NCBI GenBank assembly: GCA_965216635.1
Contig: OZ244188.1
Coordinates: 2,240,001 to 2,304,000, forward strand
DNA from: a bacterium
GTDB lineage: Bacteria > SAR324 > XYD2-FULL-50-16 > G965216635
Reading direction: 5' to 3'
DNA: 64,000 nt
Shown: piece after piece, positions 9,725 through 19,279 of the stretch
Layout of the letters: every line of letters begins with the position of its first letter
Position numbering within the stretch: the first letter of the stretch is position 1
Translations under genes and position numbers: made by a program
Notes under the pieces: model-generated
What the model was told of the DNA's origin: nothing
The model's input: only the letters and a program-made list of their open reading frames with translations
Database searches by the model: none

Positions 9725-10463
9725 CGTTTAAAGAAAAAGAATTAATATCCAAAAATAAAAGCTCATTTTTGGCTGTTTCATTTTTATGTTTTTCATCGTT
9801 AAGCAAAACTTCTGCAGAATCTGCAGAGGAGAGAATTATAGCAAAATTTTTTTTTACATTCCAATGGTAATTTACCTCTTTTTTCAAAAAAATTTCAAAC
9901 AATCTATTCTCATTAGCAGAAATTCTAGCCCAACCATCTTTTTTTGCAATTACAGACAAAACTAGACTAGAAAATTCTGGAGTCTGTTCTTGTTTAGGGG
10001 GAGTATTTTTTGAAATACCTTGTAACTTTATTTGCTCTTTTTGTACAAAATTAAAGAAAAATAAAAAGTAGATGCCAACCATCACTGCTCCTACAGCAAC
10101 GACAGAAAACAAAAGGTTTAGAAAAAAAGGGTTTTGCCAAATATTTTTGTCTCTAGCGGAAACTACCTGTTTAGATTTAGTGGCATCAGAGATAAATTCA
10201 TTGATTGTTTTTAAAAAAGGAGCTGAATCTACTTTGATAAAATTGCAATAATTTTTTAAAAAACCTTTTAAAAAAACAACACTCTCCAAAGCACCAAAAT
10301 CACCTTCTTCTAACTGCTGAATGCTATGGACGGGAATCCTAATAATCTCTGAAACATAATCTAGTGTGTATCTCAAATTTTCTCTTGATTCTCGGAGTTG
10401 ATAGCCTATTTCTTTAGCCTTTTTTAGTTGTTCGTGGGTGAGGTGTGAGAATATTTCTTGCAT
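9717..10463 (-). CDS. rodZ: RodZ-like HTH membrane protein
   Basis: IGYQLRESRE..LEEG..VFLKGFLKNYC HTH, one TM helix, C-terminal beta domain (GWARISA). Confidence 0.75.
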   Translation of the reverse strand: MQEIFSHLTHEQLKKAKEIGYQLRESRENLRYTLDYVSEIIRIPVHSIQQLEEGDFGALESVVFLKGFLKNYCNFIKVDSAPFLKTINEFISDATKSKQVVSARDKNIWQNPFFLNLLFSVVAVGAVMVGIYFLFFFNFVQKEQIKLQGISKNTPPKQEQTPEFSSLVLSVIAKKDGWARISANENRLFEIFLKKEVNYHWNVKKNFAIILSSADSAEVLLNDEKHKNETAKNELLFLDINSFSLNDE

Positions 10464-10648
10464 TGTTTAAAACTATGTGAATTTTATTGAATAGTACAAC
10501 AGTTCACAAAAATAGTCAATCATAAAATAAAGATGGATAGTATTTTTCACAATATTTTGAAAACTATTATGAATAGTAGTAGGCAAAGCGCCCCCCAAAT
10601 AAAGCTAGCAGGCAAACTAAGGCAATATAGAACTGGGTGTTTTTACTT

Positions 10649-11839
10649 CTACCTAAAGCGGTAAATAAAGCGAATAAAAAGAGAAGCAGGTGCTTCTACT
10701 TCTATTGTTGTTTTTGTAGGCACAGTTATTGGGGTTAGGGTTTCCTGTTGTTCTCCAGTGTAAGTTGGAGTTACTATTCCTTCTATTAGTATTCTTCTAT
10801 CAGTGCTTGTTGGAGAAGATGCTACACCAATTCTATTATCAAAAAAATAAACTTCACTATTATCCGTATTTACAATATAACCTTCAATCAATGCAGAGGA
10901 GGTGATAGGACTCGGTAGCGTTGCTGGTGGCTCTGGTGCTGCAGCGGATTGTTTTATAGAAAGGCTTGTCCCCAACCAGAGCAGTCCCGCCTCTATGGAA
11001 AAGCTACTTGTAAAACTATGTCTATAGCCAAAATGAATGGCGGGGGCTACTTCTGAAGCCGAGCCTATTCTTGTGTCTAGCTTGGTTTGTGCTAAACCAG
11101 CCCCTGCATAAAGCCCGTAGGGGAGGAAGTAATCCAGCAGTACAATTTGACTGTTCATTTTATCGTCTCCAGAACTCCATTGGTGTAGGCTAAAAGAAAG
11201 GCGAAACTTTTCAAAGCCGTAGCCTAGTTGCAATCCGTTACCTGCTAAACTGGTATTTTCGTTGCTAATGGAAACAGATGTATTAGAAGAATTCACAACT
11301 GTTCCTGTTAAGTCACTAAAAGAGGCTGCAATATCTTGGAAGTGGTTGAAACAGGTGGTTACCGTAGCAGGTCCTTCAGTCGTTATAGCATTATAGGTTC
11401 CAGCACCATCGTAGTAGCCATCTTCACAAATATCCACTACAGCGTCTATTGCTATTGTGTCGTAATTGGAACCGTATAATAGTACTCCGTTAAGGCCTAG
11501 GAACTCTGCACCTGCTGTTGCATCCGATGGTACATTATCGGTGGTGCTCGCACTGAATTCTATGTCTGCGGTAACGAATGTTCTGGTGACAGTAGTCCCT
11601 ACTCCTGTAAGAGTAGTATTTTCTGTAGTGGTTTTTATTTTAGCACCTAGATAAAAAGGACTAACCCCGATAGACCAACCTTGCTGTCTTTCTTGTTGGG
11701 CTTGCAGACTATTCGCTGCCGCAAAAAGTAAAAGCAAGCACGAAAGCGAAAATAAAATTGCCAAGGTTATTTTGTTTGATTTCATAGTTTCTTTTGTTTT
11801 CATAGTTTTTTTTGGTTTCATGATTTTTTGAGATTTCAT
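10649..11839 (-). CDS. Variable outer-membrane beta-barrel family protein
   Basis: First ATG at 11839 (further in-frame Mets to 11785); signal peptide LQA-Q; amphipathic strands; C-terminal FIYRFR; paralog of 11853-13151. Confidence 0.8.
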   Translation of the reverse strand: MKSQKIMKPKKTMKTKETMKSNKITLAILFSLSCLLLLFAAANSLQAQQERQQGWSIGVSPFYLGAKIKTTTENTTLTGVGTTVTRTFVTADIEFSASTTDNVPSDATAGAEFLGLNGVLLYGSNYDTIAIDAVVDICEDGYYDGAGTYNAITTEGPATVTTCFNHFQDIAASFSDLTGTVVNSSNTSVSISNENTSLAGNGLQLGYGFEKFRLSFSLHQWSSGDDKMNSQIVLLDYFLPYGLYAGAGLAQTKLDTRIGSASEVAPAIHFGYRHSFTSSFSIEAGLLWLGTSLSIKQSAAAPEPPATLPSPITSSALIEGYIVNTDNSEVYFFDNRIGVASSPTSTDRRILIEGIVTPTYTGEQQETLTPITVPTKTTIEVEAPASLFIRFIYRFR

Positions 11840-11852
11840 AGTCTTTTTACTT

Positions 11853-13151
11853 CTATTTAAATCGTAAGACAAAGCGAATAAAAAGAGAAGCAGGTGCTTC
11901 TACTTCTATTGTTGTTTTTGTAGGCACAGTTACTGGGTTTAGGTATTCTGTGTCCGTCGGTTGCACCGCACCATAATTTGGAGATACTGTTCTTTTTACT
12001 AGTATTCTTCTATCAGTGTTTGTTGGAAGATTTAGGTTTGACGAATCTTCTCTATTATCGTGAAAATGAAGTTCACTTAAATCATTATTTTCAATAAAAC
12101 CTCCAACCAATACATAGCCGCTAGTAGAATCCGGCACGTTCGGTAGTGCTACTGAGGTTCTTGTTGGTTCTGGTGCTGCAGCGGAATGGTTTATAGAGAG
12201 TTTTGTCCCCACCCACAGCAGTCCCGCTTCTATGGAAAAGTTTTTGGTAAAATTTCGCTTATAGCCAAAATGAACGGCGGGGGCTATTTTTGAATCCGAG
12301 CCTAGCGGAGTTTCTAGCTTGGCTTGGGCTAAACCAGCTCCTGCATAGAGCCCGTAGGGCAGGTGCCAATCTACTAGTACAATTTGACTATCCAGCTTGT
12401 TATCTCCCGCACTCCATTGGTGTAGGCTAAAAGAAACACGAAACTTTTCAAAGTCGTAGCCTAGTTGCAATCCGTTACCTGCTAAACTGGTATTTTCGTT
12501 GCTAACGGAAACAGATGTACTAGAATCCACAACTGTTCCTGCTATAGATTGACTAAAAGAGGGGAGAGTAAGCCCTTGGAAGTAGTTGTAACAGGCCCTT
12601 GTGGGAGCTGGTGTAGAGGTTGCATCAGCATTAGAATGTGCGTTAAACTGACGAGAATTAAAGTCTCCCGTACTATCAGCATCATTATATTTACCATCGT
12701 CACAAATATCCTCTACAGCTTTTATTGCCGTTTTATCGTGATTGGAACTGTAAAATTTTTTCTCTTGAACTAATAACTCTGCACCTGTTGTTGCCTCCGC
12801 TGAAGTGAATGTATTGGTGGTGCTCGCAGTGAATGCTACACTCGTAGAATCCAATGTTCTGGTGCCAGTTGTTACTATTTCTCTAAGAGTAGTGTTTTCT
12901 GTAGTGGTTTTTATTTTAGCACCTAGATAAAAAGGACTAACCCCGATAGACCAACCTTGCTGTCTTGCTTCTTGGGCTTGCAGATTATTTACTCCCGCAA
13001 AAAGTAAAAGCAAGCACGAAAGCGAAGCTAAAATTGCCAAGGTTATTTTGTTTGATTTCATAGTTTCTTTTGTTTTCATAGTTTTTTTTGTTTGCATAAT
13101 TTCTTTTGTTTGCATAATTTCTTTTGGTTTCATGATTTTTTGAGATTTCAT
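11853..13151 (-). CDS. Variable outer-membrane beta-barrel family protein
   Basis: Tandem paralog; near-identical framework blocks, two divergent loops, six 18-bp Met-initiated N-terminal repeats. Confidence 0.8.
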   Translation of the reverse strand: MKSQKIMKPKEIMQTKEIMQTKKTMKTKETMKSNKITLAILASLSCLLLLFAGVNNLQAQEARQQGWSIGVSPFYLGAKIKTTTENTTLREIVTTGTRTLDSTSVAFTASTTNTFTSAEATTGAELLVQEKKFYSSNHDKTAIKAVEDICDDGKYNDADSTGDFNSRQFNAHSNADATSTPAPTRACYNYFQGLTLPSFSQSIAGTVVDSSTSVSVSNENTSLAGNGLQLGYDFEKFRVSFSLHQWSAGDNKLDSQIVLVDWHLPYGLYAGAGLAQAKLETPLGSDSKIAPAVHFGYKRNFTKNFSIEAGLLWVGTKLSINHSAAAPEPTRTSVALPNVPDSTSGYVLVGGFIENNDLSELHFHDNREDSSNLNLPTNTDRRILVKRTVSPNYGAVQPTDTEYLNPVTVPTKTTIEVEAPASLFIRFVLRFK

Positions 13152-13193
13152 AGTGTTTTTATAGTTGATTTGGGTTTAAAAATAAACTTTATT

Positions 13194-13222
13194 AGAGTAA
13201 CTAAAAAAATAAAAATAGTCAA
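13194..13222 (-). promoter_or_regulatory. Possible sigma70 promoter for the barrel gene pair
   Basis: TTGACT-N17-TACTCT with an A10 tract just upstream. Confidence 0.45.
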
Positions 13223-13470
13223 TCTTTTTTTTTTAGTTTGGTTGTTTTTGGTTGTTTTTGGTGTATTTGTGTGTGGGGATTTTTTCTAAAATGCTATAAA
13301 ATCTCCCGAACAAACTTATATTGGCAAACAATGAACTATTTTTAGTCAAAAAACAACCTTTATTTTTAAAAAAAGTAGTTTTTTTAAATAAAAAAAAAAT
13401 ATAGATTATTTTTATTCAAAAAGGTAAGAATAGTTTTTCTTGCTATTTAATTAAAAAATAAGTAACTTGA

Positions 13471-13613
13471 GAGACTGTTGAACTTTAGCATTATAGGAAA
13501 GCTAGACAAGGCGTGAAAATTTTTTACCCAAGAGGAATACTGAAGTATTTTGAGTGATAAAAAATTTGAGCAACGCAGTATAGCTGAACTAGAATGTCTA
13601 ATTCAATAGTCTC
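13471..13613. mobile_element. MITE-like palindromic element with 6-bp flanking direct repeat
   Basis: GAGACTGTTGAA ... TTCAATAGTCTC termini; ACTTGA at 13465-13470 and 13614-13619. Confidence 0.7.
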
Positions 13614-13642
13614 ACTTGAACTTTACCCACTAAACTTAGATT

Positions 13643-14989
13643 ATGAAAAATAAAATTGGCAGACGGTTGGTTTTTTTTGTTTTGTTGATTACTCTTTTTA
13701 TTCCCAGTAGCTTTGCGGCTTTTCCGCAATCTTTTTCGGATATTGTCAAAAAAGAGAAAAGTAAGGTTGTGCATGTCCTCAATACTTCGGTGTCTAAAAC
13801 CAAAGTGCCTCAAGTCTTTCAAGATTTTTTTGGCAATCAGATTCCTCAGCAGGACCGTAGACGAACAGCTTCTGGCTCGGGCTTCTTTGTTAGCCCTGAT
13901 GGTTATATCTTAACGAATAACCACGTAATAGACAAAGCAGAGAGTTTAACTGTGATTCTGGGAGATGAAACAAGCTACAAAGCTAATGTGGTCGGAAAGG
14001 ATCCGAGAACAGATTTGGCTCTTATTAAAATAGATATTAAAAAAGCTTCTTATGTGCGGTTTGGAAATTCAGACAAACTAAAAATAGGGGATTGGGTTGT
14101 TGCTATTGGCAATCCTTTGGGTTTGGATTTTACTGTTACTGCTGGAATTTTAAGTGCTAAAGGTAGAGATATTTTTGGCGGCACAGCTTATGGAGATTTT
14201 TTACAGACCGACGCTGCTATCAACAGAGGAAATTCAGGAGGTCCCTTGTTTAATACCAGAGGCGAAGTTATTGGTATCAATACGGCTATTGTTGTCGGCG
14301 GACAAGGATTAGGTTTTGCTATTCCTTCCAATCTAGCCGTTAAAATTATGGACGAATTGAAGAAAAATGGAGAAGTTCGTCGTGGTTGGTTAGGTGTGGG
14401 TATTCAAAATGTTACTTTAGAACTTTCTGCTAATTTCAAATTGCCTAAAGGAACGAAAGGAGTAGTTATCACAGGTATACAAAAAAAATCTCCCGCAGAT
14501 AAAGCGGGTCTAAAAAGCGGAGATGTGGTTGTTACTTATAATGGCAAAAAAGTAGAAAAATCCACTCAACTGCAAAAGTATGTAGCAGAAACAAAAATAG
14601 GGCAACGGGTTACTATTCAAATTTATAGGGAAGGTAAAAAAATAGCTAAAAAAGTAAGAATAGTTTTAGTTCCTGAAAATTTGAGTAATGTAAAAATAGA
14701 ATCTGGCTTGGAAAAATATGGGATGGGACTTTCCTCTATGGATAGACGATTAAAGGAAAGGTTAGGCTTAAAACAAACCTACGGCTTGATAATACGTTCT
14801 TTGATCAAAAATGGGCTAGCCCAACAAAATGACCTGCGGGTAGGGGATGTGATTCTAGAGGTCAATAAAGTGAAAATCAGAAATATCAATGATTTTAAGA
14901 ATGCTCTTAAAAAGAGTTCTCAGGGGAAAGCTCTATTGCTGATTTATAGGAATAAAACCACTATTTTCCGATCGTTACCTGTAAATTAA
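13643..14989 (+). CDS. HtrA/DegP-DegQ family serine protease with two PDZ domains
   Basis: TNNHV, DLAL, QTDAAINRGNSGGPL, GWLGV. Confidence 0.95.
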   Translation: MKNKIGRRLVFFVLLITLFIPSSFAAFPQSFSDIVKKEKSKVVHVLNTSVSKTKVPQVFQDFFGNQIPQQDRRRTASGSGFFVSPDGYILTNNHVIDKAESLTVILGDETSYKANVVGKDPRTDLALIKIDIKKASYVRFGNSDKLKIGDWVVAIGNPLGLDFTVTAGILSAKGRDIFGGTAYGDFLQTDAAINRGNSGGPLFNTRGEVIGINTAIVVGGQGLGFAIPSNLAVKIMDELKKNGEVRRGWLGVGIQNVTLELSANFKLPKGTKGVVITGIQKKSPADKAGLKSGDVVVTYNGKKVEKSTQLQKYVAETKIGQRVTIQIYREGKKIAKKVRIVLVPENLSNVKIESGLEKYGMGLSSMDRRLKERLGLKQTYGLIIRSLIKNGLAQQNDLRVGDVILEVNKVKIRNINDFKNALKKSSQGKALLLIYRNKTTIFRSLPVN

Positions 14990-15080
14990 ATTTGCCAAAG
15001 TAGGTTTGACAAGGTAGGTTTGACAAGGTAAATTTGCCAAAGTAGGTTTGACAAGGTAGATTTAACAAGATAGATTTGCC
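14988..15080. repeat. Imperfect tandem repeat, 14 bp x about 6.5 (GTAGGTTTGACAAG)
   Basis: Visible between the protease stop and nirK; three units contain TTGACA. Confidence 0.85.
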
Positions 15081-15170
15081 GATTTCTATATTGGTTTTCT
15101 ATATTGTATGTATATGAATAGTCTCTATTGCATACGATTTTTTTTAATGAGGCAATAAATTAAAAATATT

Positions 15171-16301
15171 ATGAAAAAAATATTACTGTCAGTGTTAGTA
15201 ACACTGATTTTTTTGTTTGGTAATTCTATGTTAGGCGATTCTATCTTTGCTTATGATGAAGGAGGTCTTAAAGGTTATAAAGTAGGCACACAGGCTAAAA
15301 TTAAAAATTTAAAAAGAGTAACTCAAAAATTGGTTGCTCCGCCTTTTTTGCCTGAACACGAACAAATAGCCAAAGGAAAACCTAAAATCATTCAAGTGAG
15401 AATGGTTGTTGAGGAAAAAGAAATTGAAGTGGAACCCGGTGTTTTTATGTGGGCATTTACTTTTAATGGCACTGTGCCAGGTCCCATTATTGTTGCCCAT
15501 GTGGGTGATTATGTTGAATTGACTTTAGTCAATCCAAAAACAAACCAGCTACTGCACAATGTTGATTTTCACGCTTCAACAGGTGCTTTAGGAGGAGCTT
15601 CACTCACGCATGTAAACCCAGGAGAAGAAGTTGTTTTGCGTTTCAAAACAATTAAAGCCGGAGCATTTATTTACCATTGCGCCCCAAGTGGAGCAATGAT
15701 TCCTTGGCATGTTGTACATGGAATGAATGGTGCGATAATGGTTTTGCCAAAAGATGGACTAAAAGATGGAAAAGGGAAGAGAATTAAATACGATAAAGCT
15801 TTCTATATTGGCGAACAAGATTATTATATTCCTAAAGATAAGAATGGGAAATATAAACGTTATTCAACCCCTATTGCCTCTTTAGCCGATGACTTAAAGG
15901 CAATGAAAAAATTGATTCCAACGCATATTCCTTTTGGTGGAACAATGGGTGCTTTAACTGGTAAAAATGCAATGCGTGCGAAAGTAGGTGAAACTGTTTT
16001 ATTTATTCATTCTCAAGCAAATAGACAATCCTATCCTCATTTAATTGGAGGACATGGCGATTTTGTGTGGGAAAGAGGTAATTTTGATGATCCTCCTGCA
16101 AAAGGCTTAGAGAGTTGGATTATTGCTGCTGGATCAGCTGCTGTTTTTACTTATAAATTCAAACAACCGGGCACTTATGCTTATTTGTCGCATAATTTAA
16201 TTGAGGCATTATTGTTTGGAGCTGTTTCGCATGTTGTAGTAGATGGAGAATGGAATAATGATTTGATGGAGCAGGTCAAACCGCCTTCGTCTATAGAATA
16301 G
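15171..16301 (+). CDS. nirK: Copper-containing nitrite reductase
   Basis: HNVDFHA, YHCAP..WHVVHGM, SYPHLIGGHGD, YAYLSHNLIEA; signal peptide. Confidence 0.95.
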   Translation: MKKILLSVLVTLIFLFGNSMLGDSIFAYDEGGLKGYKVGTQAKIKNLKRVTQKLVAPPFLPEHEQIAKGKPKIIQVRMVVEEKEIEVEPGVFMWAFTFNGTVPGPIIVAHVGDYVELTLVNPKTNQLLHNVDFHASTGALGGASLTHVNPGEEVVLRFKTIKAGAFIYHCAPSGAMIPWHVVHGMNGAIMVLPKDGLKDGKGKRIKYDKAFYIGEQDYYIPKDKNGKYKRYSTPIASLADDLKAMKKLIPTHIPFGGTMGALTGKNAMRAKVGETVLFIHSQANRQSYPHLIGGHGDFVWERGNFDDPPAKGLESWIIAAGSAAVFTYKFKQPGTYAYLSHNLIEALLFGAVSHVVVDGEWNNDLMEQVKPPSSIE

Positions 16302-16355
16302 AAAAGGGTAAATCCTAAGAATAAGGCAAGTGTAGTGGGATTTTTCATGCTATTC

Positions 16356-16388
16356 TAGACTTTTGAATTTGGCAAATTCAAAGGTCTA
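16356..16388. mobile_element. Minimal family A element (abutted terminal inverted repeats only, 33 bp)
   Basis: TAGACTTTTGAATTTG-G-CAAATTCAAAGGTCTA. Confidence 0.75.
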
Positions 16389-16457
16389 AAAAATTTTAAA
16401 AGGGCTCAATATATTTTAAGAAGAGCTTCTTTTTTCAAATAAAATAAAAAAGTTATT

Positions 16458-16805
16458 ATGTATATTCATAGAATTAGGAGTCTGTCTATTAGAACTATTG
16501 TTGTTTTGTTGACAGTGTTTTTTTTGGCAGTGTTTTTTTTGATTCCAGCGGTTTATGCTGCTGGTAAAGAGTTGTACGTAGCCAAAGGTTGTGTGGCTTG
16601 TCATGGAAATGCTGGTAAGAAGGCGTTGTTACCCAATTATCCTGTTCTGGCTGGGCAGAATTCTGCTTATTTTATTCAACAAATGAAAGATATAAAATCT
16701 GGAGCTAGAACAAATGGACAGACTGCTGTGATGAAACCTTTTACACTGTCTTTATCAGAAGCAGAGATAAAACAAATCGCAGATTATCTCGCTGCACAGA
16801 AATAG
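16458..16805 (+). CDS. Monoheme class I cytochrome c
   Basis: Signal peptide, CVACH, YPVLAGQ, distal Met. Confidence 0.92.
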   Translation: MYIHRIRSLSIRTIVVLLTVFFLAVFFLIPAVYAAGKELYVAKGCVACHGNAGKKALLPNYPVLAGQNSAYFIQQMKDIKSGARTNGQTAVMKPFTLSLSEAEIKQIADYLAAQK

Positions 16806-16827
16806 CCATAAAAAATAAATATTAGAG

Positions 16828-17745
16828 ATGAAAGATCAAAGTGCTATTTCCATAAAGTATTCTACACAGTGGCTGCATAGCCTCTATATCCAAAGAAAAG
16901 ACTGGCTTGAGCTTTGTAAACCAAACCTAGTATTGATGGTTGTTTTTACTGCTTTAACTGGTTATTGGGTGGCGAATCCTCCTGTTATGGAACGGCAAGT
17001 GATTTTTTTGATTTTTATGGGTGTTTTTTTGAGTGGTTGTGGATCGCATATTCTCAACCAATACTACGAAAGGCAAACAGATAGCCTAATGGAGCGGACA
17101 AAAAACAGACCACTGCCCCTTAAAAAAATATCTCCAGCAGAAGCAAAATGGGTAGGATTTAGTTTTGGTATTTTAGGATGCCTGCTTCTTTTGGTTATTA
17201 ATTTTGTACCTGCTTTAGTGGCGGCAGTTTGTTTTTTAAGCTATGTTTATATTTACACCCCTTTGAAGAAACATAGTATATGGAATACTTGGGTGGGAGC
17301 AATACCGGGAGCGTTGCCTGTGTTTATCGGTTTTTTTGCAGGCAGTCAAACTCCTAATTTTAAGATTTGGATTCTTTTTTCTATTCTATTTCTTTGGCAG
17401 ATTCCTCATTTTTTAGCACTAGCTTGGAAATACAAGGAAGATTATCAAAAGGCTGGTTTAAAAATGCTTGTTTTAATAGATAAAAAAGGAACTTTAACTG
17501 CGTGGGTAATGTTGCTGCACGGGATTGCTTTGTTTGTTGTGACTGTAATCCCTACCTTTTATCTTTATGAAAGTACCGTCTATTTTTTTGTATCTTCTTT
17601 TTTAAGTTTTTTGTTTTTGCAACCTATGGTGAGTTTTTTACTGTCTCCTAAAAAAATATTTGCAAAAAAAATATTCATCGTTTCTATTTTTTACTTGCCT
17701 ATAGTTTGTTTTTGCTATATCGTAGCAGACATTATATATCAGTAG
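16828..17745 (+). CDS. ctaB: Protoheme IX farnesyltransferase
   Basis: LCKP, DSLMERTKNRPLP, YTPLK, GAIPGALP, LWQIPHF. Confidence 0.95.
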   Translation: MKDQSAISIKYSTQWLHSLYIQRKDWLELCKPNLVLMVVFTALTGYWVANPPVMERQVIFLIFMGVFLSGCGSHILNQYYERQTDSLMERTKNRPLPLKKISPAEAKWVGFSFGILGCLLLLVINFVPALVAAVCFLSYVYIYTPLKKHSIWNTWVGAIPGALPVFIGFFAGSQTPNFKIWILFSILFLWQIPHFLALAWKYKEDYQKAGLKMLVLIDKKGTLTAWVMLLHGIALFVVTVIPTFYLYESTVYFFVSSFLSFLFLQPMVSFLLSPKKIFAKKIFIVSIFYLPIVCFCYIVADIIYQ

Positions 17746-17864
17746 TAGCCTTTGAATTTGCATTCTGTTTAGATTATGTAGCGGTAAAAAATTTTTTTCG
17801 CACTTTTCTAACCATTTGGCTAGCCCCAATAGTGGGGTAAGCATCAGCGAAATTCAAAAATCTA
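17746..17864. mobile_element. MITE-like element (family A, medium form)
   Basis: TAGCCTTTGAATTTGC ... GCGAAATTCAAAAATCTA filling the ctaB-coxB gap; shares CCCAATAGTGGGGTAAGC with 34017-34090. Confidence 0.7.
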
Positions 17865-17872
17865 ATTAGTTT

Positions 17873-19267
17873 ATGAAACAAATTTATAAAATTTTTTTAC
17901 TTTTCACTGTAATCCTATTGCTTTGTGGAACTTTAGCAATAGCTGATGGAGGCAATTCTCCTAAACAGTACAATTCTGACCCCATTATAAAGTTTTTTAA
18001 AATGGGTCAGTCGGAAATGACGACTATTGCACCAACAAATGCCTTAGGCAGAGAAATCAACCAACTTTATGCTCTGATGACATGGATTGGAGTAGGAATT
18101 ATGGCAGTGGTGGGTATTCTTTTCTTTGTTATCATTTTTCGCTTTCGCGAAAAAAAACATCCTAAAATAACTCCTGTTAAAGGAGGCACTTTTTTAGAGA
18201 TTCTTTGGACGGTTATACCTGCACTTATTCTTGTTATTATTGCTATTCCTACTGTTAGGCTGGTTTTTAAAATAGAAAATTTTCCTAGTTTTGCAGATAA
18301 AAAACCAATTCATTATACTTTCGGCTCTGAAGCAGACCAAACCTATAACCGTTATCTTAGAGTAGCTGTTGTTGGACACCAGTGGTGGTGGGAGTTTGAA
18401 TATTTGGGGTGGCATATTTTGGAAAATGGAGAAGAAAAATTTATTCCCATAGATAAAGTTGCGGCTAATGAAGCCCGCTTTCCAGTCAATGTTCCGATTT
18501 TATTTGAATTGAACTCTGAAGATGTTATTCATTCTTTTTGGGTACCTAGGTTGGCTGGTAAAATAGACGCAAACCCAGGAATTACAAACCATATTAGTTT
18601 TGTTTTTGAAGAAGCTGGTTATTTTTGGGGACAATGCGTAGAATACTGCGGTGCGTCGCATGCGCTGATGAGATTTAATTTGGTAGGCGTGAGTGATGCA
18701 GAATTTCAAGATTGGTTAAACTGGGGAAAAGGAAAACCTATTGCAAAAACAGCTTCTGCTAAAAAAGGAAAAGAATTGATGACTAGCTGTTTTGCCTGTC
18801 ATACAATGGACGGAATGAACGATTTTATTTCTCGTAAAGAAAAATATGCGAATGCTATGAATGATTTTGAAGTCCAAAATACAGAATACCAAAGGGCATT
18901 GAAAATTTGGAAAGAAACTCCCGAAGAAGACGGCGAAGGGCATTTTGAAAAATACAAAACTAAACCGAAATCTCCTAGCCTGCCTAGACTTTACAAAGGC
19001 TACTTGAAAACAGTGGCTCCCGATTTAACAGACATTTCTTTGAGGAAAAGAATTATTTCTGGGGTTAAAGAAAATAATGTAACCGAATTACAAAAATGGA
19101 TACAGAATCCACCCAAAGTAAAACCTGAAATAAAAAATACTGTGGTCCCCAGAATGCCTGTTTATGAAAATATTTATACAAAAGAGCAGATTGCTGATAT
19201 TGTAGAATTTTTACTTACAGTGGAATACTCGGGTTCTCCCGATGCTGATTCCCTAAAAATAAGATAA
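17873..19267 (+). CDS. coxB: Cytochrome c oxidase subunit II with fused cytochrome c (caa3 type)
   Basis: GHQWWWEF, DVIHSFW, CuA motif CVEYCGASHALM, C-terminal CFACH. Confidence 0.93.
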   Translation: MKQIYKIFLLFTVILLLCGTLAIADGGNSPKQYNSDPIIKFFKMGQSEMTTIAPTNALGREINQLYALMTWIGVGIMAVVGILFFVIIFRFREKKHPKITPVKGGTFLEILWTVIPALILVIIAIPTVRLVFKIENFPSFADKKPIHYTFGSEADQTYNRYLRVAVVGHQWWWEFEYLGWHILENGEEKFIPIDKVAANEARFPVNVPILFELNSEDVIHSFWVPRLAGKIDANPGITNHISFVFEEAGYFWGQCVEYCGASHALMRFNLVGVSDAEFQDWLNWGKGKPIAKTASAKKGKELMTSCFACHTMDGMNDFISRKEKYANAMNDFEVQNTEYQRALKIWKETPEEDGEGHFEKYKTKPKSPSLPRLYKGYLKTVAPDLTDISLRKRIISGVKENNVTELQKWIQNPPKVKPEIKNTVVPRMPVYENIYTKEQIADIVEFLLTVEYSGSPDADSLKIR

Positions 19268-19279
19268 ATAGATAAAACA

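Noticed and set aside
10649..13151. Diversity-generating retroelement as the source of loop variation
   Set aside because: No reverse transcriptase or template repeat in the window; differences include indels and are not adenine-specific
14988..15170. FNR/DNR box upstream of nirK
   Set aside because: No TTGAT-N4-ATCAA match; only TTGACA within a 14-bp tandem repeat
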